Assembly (NCBI GenBank): GCA_015233015.1
Contig: JADFYO010000015.1
Location: 450 to 64,449 of the forward strand
Origin: Nitrospirota bacterium
GTDB taxonomy: Bacteria; Nitrospirota; Thermodesulfovibrionia; Thermodesulfovibrionales; Magnetobacteriaceae
DNA length: 64,000 nucleotides
Direction of reading: 5' to 3'
How positions within the stretch are numbered: position 1 is the first letter of the stretch; every line of letters begins with the position of its first letter. The position numbers and the translations under genes were made by a program. The notes beneath the pieces were generated by a model. The model was not told where the DNA came from and ran no database searches. It saw nothing but the letters and a program-made list of their open reading frames with translations. Below, piece after piece: positions 9,586-17,464 of the stretch.

Positions 9586-10328
9586 TCATGCCCTGCCAGG
9601 ATATTTATCTTGTGGGCGAGGCAGCCCGCCCCAAAACCATTATCTATGTTCATAACGGCGATGCCGGGCACGCAGGAGTTCAGCATGGCAAACATGGGCG
9701 TAAGGCCGCCAAGACTTGTGCCGTATCCAACGGAGGTCGGCACGGCTATAACCGGTTTGTCTATCAACGCCCCTACAACAGAGGGCAGAGCGCCTTCCAT
9801 TCCCGCCACTACGATTACCACCGTTGCGCCTTCGAAAACGCCCATGTTATTTAACAACCGGTGAAGGCCGGCAACCCCGACATCGTTCATGGTCTCCACA
9901 TTGCTTCCCAGAAAAGAGGCCGTTACTGAGGCCTCCTCTGAAACCGGAATATCTGCCGTGCCAGCGCTGACCACGACGATACGTCCCGGCTTTTTGCGTT
10001 CATCCCCTGCCTCGATTATCCTCGAGTTGGGATAATATCTCGCGCCTTCGATTTGCAGGCCGTCGTATATCTCTCTCGACGCCCTTGTTATCAGCACCCG
10101 GCCGCTCATCTTATAAATCCTGCGGGCTATCTCGATGGCCTCTTCAGTTTTTTTCCCTTCTCCGTATATGACCTCGGCGATGCCGCCTCTGAGGTGTCTG
10201 TGGTGGTCGATTTTAGCGAATTCAATATCTTCGTATGGGAGGTGCTTTAGTTTATCGAGGGCGTCATCTACGTTTATTTGGCCGTTTTGCAAAGAGACGA
10301 GCAGTGCCTTAATGGCCTCTTTATCCAT
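9582..10328 (-). CDS. larB: nickel-pincer cofactor biosynthesis protein LarB (PurE-like carboxylase/hydrolase)
   Basis: 248 aa with the motifs FAKIDHHRHLRGGIAEVIYGEGKK, VVVSAGTADIPV and VAGMEGALPSVV. Confidence 0.8.
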   Translation of the reverse strand: MDKEAIKALLVSLQNGQINVDDALDKLKHLPYEDIEFAKIDHHRHLRGGIAEVIYGEGKKTEEAIEIARRIYKMSGRVLITRASREIYDGLQIEGARYYPNSRIIEAGDERKKPGRIVVVSAGTADIPVSEEASVTASFLGSNVETMNDVGVAGLHRLLNNMGVFEGATVVIVVAGMEGALPSVVGALIDKPVIAVPTSVGYGTSLGGLTPMFAMLNSCVPGIAVMNIDNGFGAGCLAHKINILAGHD

Positions 10329-11322
10329 GCCTGAACTCCACCTTCAGCCCCCTTGACATGAGCTGCCGGACGGCCACAGCCGGACTTTTTGATTCGTGAA
10401 TCACTCTATAAACCTGCTCGACAATGGGCATCTCCACACCAGCGCGTTCAGCCAGCGCGAAGGCCGACGCAGAGGTCTCAACGCCTTCGGCTACCGCCTT
10501 CATGTCGGAGAGGATTTCAGCGGGCGTCTCTCCTCCGCCCAGACGCATACCCACAGTGTAGTTTCTCGATAGATTTCCCGTGCACGTGAGGACAAGGTCT
10601 CCAAGACCGCTGAGGCCGGAGAATGTGTTTTCCTTAGCGCCGAGCACCACGCCAAGCCTGATTATCTCCGAAAGCCCGCGAGTTATCAACGCCGCGCGGG
10701 CATTAAGGCCCAGACCGAGGCCATCGCATATGCCCGATGCTATGGCGATAACGTTTTTCAGCGCCCCGCCAAGCTCAACGCCTATGATATCCTCATGGGT
10801 ATAGACCCTGAAGTATTCTGTGAAGAACATCTCCTGAAGTGTGTGTGCGTGTTTGGAGTGGTCTGAGATAGCGAGGGTAACGGCGGTTGGTTTTTTCTTA
10901 GCCACCTCATCGGCAAAGCTTGGCCCGGAGAGGACGGCAACTTCGTTGCCGAGGAATTCACGTATAATTGCCGATGCGGTTTTAAGCGTCCCGCGCTCTA
11001 TGCCCTTTGCGGCAGTGACGATAACCGTGTCCGGGGCGATGATGGGGGCGGCCTTTGTTAAGATACCCCGGATAAACTGCGTCGGAATTACAAGTATGAT
11101 ATGTGAGGCCGTCCCGGCTGCCTCGTTCAGATCATTCGTAGGAATGAGATTCGGAGAGAGTTTAAGGCCGGGCATAAACGGCTTGTTTTCGCGAAGCTCT
11201 ATCATGGATTCGACGGTGTCTTTCTCGTAAGCCCAGAGGAGAACCTCGTTGCCTTTGAGGGCGAGGAGGTTTGCGATAACCGTCCCCCAGCTGCCGGCCC
11301 CTATCACGCTTATGGAGTTCAT
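10321..11322 (-). CDS. gpsA: NAD(P)H-dependent glycerol-3-phosphate dehydrogenase
   Basis: 333 aa with the motifs IGAGSWGT, GGALKNVIAIASG and AEGV. Confidence 0.9.
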   Translation of the reverse strand: MNSISVIGAGSWGTVIANLLALKGNEVLLWAYEKDTVESMIELRENKPFMPGLKLSPNLIPTNDLNEAAGTASHIILVIPTQFIRGILTKAAPIIAPDTVIVTAAKGIERGTLKTASAIIREFLGNEVAVLSGPSFADEVAKKKPTAVTLAISDHSKHAHTLQEMFFTEYFRVYTHEDIIGVELGGALKNVIAIASGICDGLGLGLNARAALITRGLSEIIRLGVVLGAKENTFSGLSGLGDLVLTCTGNLSRNYTVGMRLGGGETPAEILSDMKAVAEGVETSASAFALAERAGVEMPIVEQVYRVIHESKSPAVAVRQLMSRGLKVEFRHG

Positions 11323-11481
11323 TATGTATATATACTATAATTTATTCGCATAAAAATAAAACCATCTGTTTAAAACTATCTATTTCGCATTTAAGCCGGA
11401 GGCTGACAACCCGCAGCCAGCGGTCAACCAAACATAGTAACACGTAATTAATAATTATCATGCCTTAGTTAAATATATATA

Positions 11482-11510
11482 TTGACTAATAATTCTATTT
11501 GTGTTACTAT
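11482..11510 (+). promoter_or_regulatory. sigma70-like promoter candidate (TTGACT, 17-nt spacer, TACTAT)
   Basis: It lies inside the 5' end of the listed ORF 11499-12725. This argues for a later start codon. Confidence 0.4.
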
Positions 11511-11582
11511 AGTATGCAGACTGCTATATTCATAGCAGGATTCTTGTTGCATAATCCAAATATTTTGATGAGGAGGATGTTT

Positions 11583-12725
11583 ATGTCAGACGCGTGTTAC
11601 ATTAAAGACCCCAAGACGGGGCGATTTCTGGGGAGAAAGCCGGGATGTTCGAATAATACCGGTGAGGTGCCAGAGAAGCTGCTGCAAAAAGTGGCAAAGG
11701 ATAAGGGTGTAATTGAGCGTAGGGTTGACGCTGCGGCAGCCTCAGGAAAGCTGCAACGTCAGGATAGTGCGGTAAAAGACAAGGCAGAGGAATTAGCGCG
11801 TGCGGTCAACAGCGGGAAGATGAGCTACCCGGAGGCACTATACGAGTTGACAAAGGGCAGCCGCTCATCAGGCCGTTACGGCAGGGCGATTGACCTGTTA
11901 GACAGGGACGCCAGTTATTGGAATAGCATAAGATCAAAAACCGGTTCAGACGAGGTTGATACGCTGATAGGCGGCTATGCAGGCGCACCGGTACCGGGCG
12001 CTACGGATTTTGCGCTGAATTTGTCTGGCGGCAAATCGGGTATGCAAGAGATCAGTGATCAAGAGCCTCAGATACCATCGGGTGCAACGAGGAAACAGCT
12101 TGATGCCCAGCACGAGAAATGGACGGGAATAATCAAGGAAAGGCACCATCCCGACGATTCTAAAAGCATTGATAAACGTGGTGTTTATGACAAGAACAAA
12201 CATACAAACTGCCACGGCAATGAGTGCGATACACAGGCCTCTGTCTATGCTGGCTCCTTACATGGGAGCCCGACATCGAGTGGAACTATACATGATAAAC
12301 ATGGATATACCGCGGCGATGCCACCAACTTATGTTGGCAAACTTGATCGAAAAAAACCTATATATGCCGAGGTTACTAACAAGGCAAACGGGGAGAAAGT
12401 CATAGTCAAAGTTGACGACAAAGGTCCATTTCCAGTCAGGGATAAAGATCCAAATACGGCGGAAGGTAAAAAGAAATCGCATGAAGACCCAACCAGAGCC
12501 ATCGACCTCTCGGCGGCAGCATATGCCAAAATTGCGAAAAATCCAGGCGATGGAGTCCTAAATGTGACAGTTAAGTTTCTAAAGCCCGAAGATGGAGAGC
12601 GTAAGTATAAAGAACAAAACGAATGGGCTGCAAAGCACGAACCGGAAATTAAGCAAAAAGTGCAGGACGCACTCTGTACCGTTGATAGAGCCTACCACTA
12701 CAATAAGGATAACAAATGTCCATAG
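11583..12725 (+). CDS. protein with C-terminal RlpA-like double-psi beta-barrel (DPBB) domain, no signal peptide
   Basis: QASVYAGSLHGSPTSSG..TAAM...IVKVDDKGPF...RAIDLSAAAYAKI..G..NVTVKFL matches the RlpA DPBB pattern. AGGAGG at 11571-11576 favours ATG 11583. About 230 aa of the N-terminus is unassigned. Confidence 0.65.
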   Translation: MSDACYIKDPKTGRFLGRKPGCSNNTGEVPEKLLQKVAKDKGVIERRVDAAAASGKLQRQDSAVKDKAEELARAVNSGKMSYPEALYELTKGSRSSGRYGRAIDLLDRDASYWNSIRSKTGSDEVDTLIGGYAGAPVPGATDFALNLSGGKSGMQEISDQEPQIPSGATRKQLDAQHEKWTGIIKERHHPDDSKSIDKRGVYDKNKHTNCHGNECDTQASVYAGSLHGSPTSSGTIHDKHGYTAAMPPTYVGKLDRKKPIYAEVTNKANGEKVIVKVDDKGPFPVRDKDPNTAEGKKKSHEDPTRAIDLSAAAYAKIAKNPGDGVLNVTVKFLKPEDGERKYKEQNEWAAKHEPEIKQKVQDALCTVDRAYHYNKDNKCP

Positions 12726-12756
12726 TTCGTTTCTATCCATAGTTTACATGATGTTC

Positions 12757-12800
12757 AATAATGAGAGAAGTATGACCATGCTTCTCTCATTATTTTTTAT
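12757..12800 (+). terminator. Rho-independent terminator
   Basis: A 14-bp perfect stem (aataatgagagaag / cttctctcattatt) with a 10-nt loop, followed by a T-run. Confidence 0.65.
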
Positions 12801-12816
12801 TCTATGAAAAAAATGC

Positions 12817-12846
12817 TTGACAATTGCATATACGTATGTATAAAAT
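12817..12846 (+). promoter_or_regulatory. sigma70-like promoter candidate (TTGACA, 16-nt spacer, TATAAA)
   Basis: TTGACA at 12817-12822 and TATAAA at 12839-12844, about 40 nt upstream of the cassette gene A start, which has an AGGAG ribosome-binding site. Confidence 0.5.
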
Positions 12847-12883
12847 AGCGAAGATGTGTATTTTAAGTCGAGGAGCTAAACAC

Positions 12884-13345
12884 ATGTCATTGTGTCTGAG
12901 ATTAGTGATTATGTTAGTTGTCTCGTCGGTGATATTCTCACCGGAAGCTGGATTTTCGAATAAATATGAGAATAAGTTTTATATTGTCTCGATGAAAGAC
13001 TCGTACGCTGATAATAATTATAAGGTTAGGGCATTCTTTTTGGATCCAGGACTCAATAGCGATATCTACAGCATACCCAAAATGCCCAAAGATTGGCATT
13101 ATGGCTTTAATGGTGATCGCATAGTCGGATTAATTGCCGCAGCTTATACAGATAGGGCGGCTGTCGATATAGGGTATTTTAAGGAATTTCTCGCCTTTAT
13201 TTTACAACCAGATCATCCAGAGGATGAACTCTCTTTTAGCATGACACTGATTTGTTACAAACCCGACGGAACACCTGAAATACTATTTCTTGACACCAAA
13301 GACTTTATTATAAAGGAAATTCATACAGGCCTGAAGAAGTATTAA
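12884..13345 (+). CDS. small secreted protein, cassette 1 subfamily A
   Basis: The start MSLCLRLV is identical to that of A' (14439) and is preceded by AGGAG. It has a hydrophobic signal-like N-terminus and the motifs KVRAFFL, IPKMPKDW.YGF and KDF. Confidence 0.7.
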   Translation: MSLCLRLVIMLVVSSVIFSPEAGFSNKYENKFYIVSMKDSYADNNYKVRAFFLDPGLNSDIYSIPKMPKDWHYGFNGDRIVGLIAAAYTDRAAVDIGYFKEFLAFILQPDHPEDELSFSMTLICYKPDGTPEILFLDTKDFIIKEIHTGLKKY

Positions 13346-13414
13346 ATTACATAGAGCGTAAACTTAACTAATCAAGATAATTAACACAGAGTGGATAGCT
13401 TATTATTAAACTGT

Positions 13415-13927
13415 ATGACACTGAGTATTCGAAATAGACCGGCTGCTTTGCTGATAGTTTCAGCGGTGATGCTGTTTGTCGTTACCGATGTTGCTGTTGC
13501 GGTTAAATGTGAAAACACGTATTATTATGCCTCGTTTAGTTATTCTAAAAAGTATTATAAAACAAAAAAAATCAGGGCGTTTGATATTTCTGTTTCCTAT
13601 GCTTATATATATGACCTTCCCAAATTACCATCATCATGGGTATATGTTATTGATAATGATTCAGGTTCTGATAGGGATATTACTCATATAACCGCTATGG
13701 CAAAGTCAGACAAACATTCCATCAGAGTTAAAGATCTTAATAAATTTGTTATTCTTAGACAACCTAAAGACAAATCTGAATATAATATATTAATAGGATT
13801 AAACTTAATATATTTGAAGAAAGAAGGTGGTAGCGGCACAACGGCTGCTTCGTTAGACACCTTTCATAATGATCTTACGATAGAAAAGATAAATAAATGC
13901 TTACCAATAAAACCACTAAGACATTAA
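13415..13927 (+). CDS. small secreted protein, cassette 1 subfamily B
   Basis: Collinear with B'. Motifs are KCENTYYYASF, IRAFDISV, YDLPKLPSSWVY and KSDKHSI, with a C-terminal KC. The start could alternatively be GTG 13391. Confidence 0.65.
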   Translation: MTLSIRNRPAALLIVSAVMLFVVTDVAVAVKCENTYYYASFSYSKKYYKTKKIRAFDISVSYAYIYDLPKLPSSWVYVIDNDSGSDRDITHITAMAKSDKHSIRVKDLNKFVILRQPKDKSEYNILIGLNLIYLKKEGGSGTTAASLDTFHNDLTIEKINKCLPIKPLRH

Positions 13928-14382
13928 TCATACTGACAATAGTATTGTTCGCCTTCTCTTTTGCCGAAGGGGACGATGACCTCTTCTGCGTGTCGTTGAA
14001 GGAACTTCCCAAAAGCAACAAATTATTTCACCGTGTAGTCGGTTTAGATTTTCACGTAAGTAATGCCGAAATATATAGAATCTTACATAATCCACCCGGA
14101 TTTGAATTCGAGGTGAATAAGAATAAGAACTGGAGCGGGAGTTATAGCGGCTCTAAGTGGAATGGCCCCGGAGGTTTCTATATGCCATTTTTCTACGATG
14201 ATTTCGTTGTGATAAAGACACGAACAGGCGTTAATTTAGACAAAGTCAAGATAAAGTTTAGTTTCACCGTAGAACAGGACTCAATCGACGACAAAGGCAA
14301 GGAAATAGATGATGGTGAGGTAACATATCATTTTACAAATAAAGATTTAAACATTCACAGATGTAAAGACAAGCCGTACTAA
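13897..14382 (+). CDS. small secreted protein, cassette 1 subfamily C
   Basis: The signal-like N-terminus is LIILTIVLFAFSFAEGDD. Its 3' third is near-identical in DNA to C'. It overlaps B by 31 nt. Confidence 0.7.
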   Translation: MLTNKTTKTLIILTIVLFAFSFAEGDDDLFCVSLKELPKSNKLFHRVVGLDFHVSNAEIYRILHNPPGFEFEVNKNKNWSGSYSGSKWNGPGGFYMPFFYDDFVVIKTRTGVNLDKVKIKFSFTVEQDSIDDKGKEIDDGEVTYHFTNKDLNIHRCKDKPY

Positions 14383-14438
14383 GACAATGAACTGATCTTA
14401 TAAAGATTTGCATTTAAATCAACGCAGGAGCTGATCGC

Positions 14439-14891
14439 ATGTCATTATGCCTGAGATTAGTGGTGTTATTAGTTGTCTCGTTGGCAATTTTCTCACCAGA
14501 GGCTGTGATTGCCGAACAATGTGACTATAAACTTTACAGTATTTCATTAAAAGATACACTGCTTAAGAATAAGTATAAGGTTAGGGCGTTCTTTTTAGGC
14601 AATGCCGATGTTACTCGCATACCCAAAATACCAAGAGGTTGGCGTTATGGCTTTCATGATCAATTATCATACGGTTTAATTGCATCGGCTTGTTCAGACA
14701 AGTATGCGGTCAGCATAGACTATTTTAAGGATTTTCTAACCATTGTCTATGCACCAGAGCATCCAGATGAAAAACTGTATCTCAATACGAAACTGATTTA
14801 TATTAAGCCCAATGGAACATCTGAAATCATGGTTCTTCACACAAAAGACTTTGTTTTAAAGGAAATACATAAATGCCTGAAGGAAAATTGA
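14439..14891 (+). CDS. small secreted protein, cassette 2 subfamily A'
   Basis: Paralogue of A, with the motifs MSLCLRLVV, KVRAFFL, IPKIPRGWRYGF, SDKYAVSIDYFKDF and KC. Confidence 0.7.
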   Translation: MSLCLRLVVLLVVSLAIFSPEAVIAEQCDYKLYSISLKDTLLKNKYKVRAFFLGNADVTRIPKIPRGWRYGFHDQLSYGLIASACSDKYAVSIDYFKDFLTIVYAPEHPDEKLYLNTKLIYIKPNGTSEIMVLHTKDFVLKEIHKCLKEN

Positions 14892-15388
14892 TTATTAATC
14901 TGCAGAATAGACTGGCTGTTTTGCTGACCATTTCGGGGGTGCTGCTGTTTGCCGCTGCCGATGTCGCGGCTGTATGTGAAGATACATATTATTATGCCTC
15001 GTTTAATGATGCGCGTTATTATCCAACACAAAGAATCAGGGCATTTGACCTGTCTGTTTTAGACGCTTATATATACGACCTGCCCAAATTACCATCCTCA
15101 TGGGTATATATTTTTGATAAGGATGATTTGTGTATTACTGGGGTTACTGCCGCAGCTAAGTCAGATAAATATGCTATCAGCTTTAAAGACCTTAAAAAAT
15201 TTATTATCCTTAGTCAGCCAAAAGATCTGTCAGGTAAGGAACCATATATAAGTTTTAGTCTTGCATATATGAAAAAAGAAGGTGGTACCGGCACAAAAGT
15301 TGCTTTGCTGGAGCGCTTCATAGATGTTTATGATTTTAAAATAGTAAAGATAGATAAATGCATACTAAAAAAACAGCGATTACATTAA
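14873..15388 (+). CDS. small secreted protein, cassette 2 subfamily B'
   Basis: Paralogue of B, with the motifs VCEDTYYYASF, IRAFDLSV, YDLPKLPSSWVY and KSDKYAISFKDLKKF. It overlaps A' by 19 nt. Confidence 0.7.
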   Translation: MPEGKLIINLQNRLAVLLTISGVLLFAAADVAAVCEDTYYYASFNDARYYPTQRIRAFDLSVLDAYIYDLPKLPSSWVYIFDKDDLCITGVTAAAKSDKYAISFKDLKKFIILSQPKDLSGKEPYISFSLAYMKKEGGTGTKVALLERFIDVYDFKIVKIDKCILKKQRLH

Positions 15389-15852
15389 TCATACTGACAA
15401 TTGTATTGTTCGCCTTTTCTGTCGCCGAAGGAGACGATAACCTCTTCTGCGTGTCATTGAAGGAATTCCACAAAACCAATAAATTGTTTCGCCGCATACG
15501 CAGCTTTGATTTTCACGTAACTAATGCCGAAATACAAATTATACCAGATACGCCGTCCGTACATGGCTTCAATGTTGAAAATAATATTAACTGGAGCGGA
15601 AGTTACGACGGCAATTGTAATGGTGGTCGTGGTGGTCCCGGAGGTTTCGAGATAGATTCTTTATATGATGATTTTGTAGTAATCAGGAAACGTCCAGGCG
15701 TTAAATTAGACAAAGTCAGGATAAAGTTTAGTTTCACAGTAGAACAGGACTCAATCAACAATAAAGGTGAAGAGACAGATGATGGTGAAGTAACATATCA
15801 TTTTACAAATAAAGATTTAAACATTCGCAAATGCAAAGACTTGCCGTACTAA
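15358..15852 (+). CDS. small secreted protein, cassette 2 subfamily C'
   Basis: Paralogue of C. It overlaps B' by 31 nt, the same overlap as B/C. Confidence 0.7.
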   Translation: MHTKKTAITLIILTIVLFAFSVAEGDDNLFCVSLKEFHKTNKLFRRIRSFDFHVTNAEIQIIPDTPSVHGFNVENNINWSGSYDGNCNGGRGGPGGFEIDSLYDDFVVIRKRPGVKLDKVRIKFSFTVEQDSINNKGEETDDGEVTYHFTNKDLNIRKCKDLPY

Positions 15853-15988
15853 GACAGCTACCTTGCTAAGAATAGGACATTTCTACTTTGGTACGACATT
15901 AGAAATTGGGGTTGTTGACATCAAAAAAATAATTGTAGTACGATATTGAAGGGAATAAAACCTTTATTTTGCTAAGGGAGCAGGTCAG

Positions 15989-17056
15989 ATGCTATTTATA
16001 GAAGATATAAAAAGTGAGTATGAAAATAAGTCTTGCCTTTATGGTGAGTTTCTTGAAGAGGTGACGAACCAGCTTAAAGATATTCTTTGTAGGAATGAAA
16101 TGCAGAAAATATCAGAAATAACTTCAAGAATTAAAGATTTTGCATCTATCACTCACAATATCAACAATTATAAGTATAAACCTACAATACCTGCTAAACT
16201 GTGTGATATAACAGATTTAGCCGGTATTAGGATAACTTTGCTATTTAAAAGAAATATCGAAGCAATTTGTAAGTTGATTGAAACCTATTATGAGGTAAAA
16301 AGAAAGAAATACATATTTCAGTCAGAACAACAATTCGGTTATGAATCACTCCACTATGAAGTGAAAATAAAAAGGGAGTGCTGCACTTTTGATAAATATG
16401 ATAAGTTCAATAACTTGATTGTAGAGATACAGGTTAGAACACTTGCACAGCATCTTTGGGCGGCTGCCTCACATTATCTTAATTACAAAGAAAGAAAAGA
16501 TGTCGCGTTGCCATTTCAGAGACCTATGGGCAGGATATCAGCTCTTTTAGATATGGTTGACGATGAATATGATCGTCTATTGAATTTAAAGGAAAAATAT
16601 CAAAAGGAGATCGAAATCAGCGATTCTAAGGAAATGCTTAATGTTGATTTGTTAAAGAGAATATTAGATGAAGAATTTCCAGCCGATAAGGGTTTTCGGT
16701 TAGGTAATCCGGATGATCCGAATGTTATTTTAGAGAATTTATTTCTGTTTAATATAAGTACTGTGAAAGAATTTCGTGCACTACTGAATAAACAAAAAAC
16801 TAATGCACTTAAATATCAGGAAAGTGGATTTAGGATGATGCGTATGATTGAACCTCGTAAGATTGAACTTGATGCAAAAGGGCTGATTACCTTTTCTATA
16901 TATGGTATTATAGAAAAAATGCTTGCATTAGAGTTTGGCAAGGAGAATGGCTTTGATTTTTTTGAAAAGATCAATAGGATACCAGCAGGAACAATGGAGA
17001 AACTAATTTCATCTATGGAGATAAAAGAACAGGAAGATAAAAATGATAAAGGATAG
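15989..17056 (+). CDS. stand-alone RelA/SpoT-domain (RSD) nucleotide pyrophosphokinase with a C-terminal extension of about 150 aa
   Basis: 355 aa. Motifs are SRIKDFASI, DLAGIRI, GYESLHYEV and EIQVRTLAQHLWAAASHYLNYK (synthetase-type RSD). No HD hydrolase, TGS or ACT domain is seen. Confidence 0.75.
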   Translation: MLFIEDIKSEYENKSCLYGEFLEEVTNQLKDILCRNEMQKISEITSRIKDFASITHNINNYKYKPTIPAKLCDITDLAGIRITLLFKRNIEAICKLIETYYEVKRKKYIFQSEQQFGYESLHYEVKIKRECCTFDKYDKFNNLIVEIQVRTLAQHLWAAASHYLNYKERKDVALPFQRPMGRISALLDMVDDEYDRLLNLKEKYQKEIEISDSKEMLNVDLLKRILDEEFPADKGFRLGNPDDPNVILENLFLFNISTVKEFRALLNKQKTNALKYQESGFRMMRMIEPRKIELDAKGLITFSIYGIIEKMLALEFGKENGFDFFEKINRIPAGTMEKLISSMEIKEQEDKNDKG

Positions 17057-17152
17057 AAGACTTGATGTCATCTTGTATTGGGCCGGTCGCGGGAAGAATG
17101 TCTGGTATCAGAAAGTCAACGGCAATGTAGTCAATGGTAAGGGTCAGTGATG

Positions 17153-17464
17153 GGGTCAGGTCTTGCAATGACATAAATGATAATGCTATACCGAAGTCAG
17201 AGTGGCACGTCCCCTCAGATTAGAACTTACCGGTGATATCTTCCACGTCACCGCAGTGAGTAGGGCAGAACGGTGATATGAATAGCAATATTATAAAAGA
17301 TTATAATTGTGTCATTGCAAGACCTGACCCAGGGCAAACGCATTAGAAAAATTATGCAGAAATTGTCTATACTTTTAGCTCTGACCAATGCTTTCATGGA
17401 TTTCTGCTTTCTCAGGAATCCATGAGAGGAAATTGCCGGTATCAATTTCTAATGCGTTTGCCCT
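17153..17464. repeat. two abutting long-range perfect inverted repeats (20 bp with a 138-nt loop; 19 bp with a 96-nt loop)
   Basis: gggtcaggtcttgcaatgac at 17153-17172 pairs with gtcattgcaagacctgaccc at 17311-17330. agggcaaacgcattagaaa at 17331-17349 pairs with tttctaatgcgtttgccct at 17446-17464. A further acctgacccc at about 17468 can pair with 17152. Confidence 0.8.

Noticed and set aside
11499-11582. The listed TTG start (11499) and the hydrophobic leader MCYYSMQTAIFIAGFLL of the DPBB protein, considered as a signal peptide
   Set aside because: This start lies inside the TTGACT-17-TACTAT promoter candidate. The only strong ribosome-binding site (AGGAGG, 11571-11576) serves ATG 11583. The hydrophobic leader is therefore probably not translated, though this remains uncertain.
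12800-15900. The periodic repeated structure considered as a CRISPR or other non-coding repeat array
   Set aside because: The repeat unit is about 1.5 kb and consists of intact coding genes with signal peptides. There are no short direct repeats with unique spacers.
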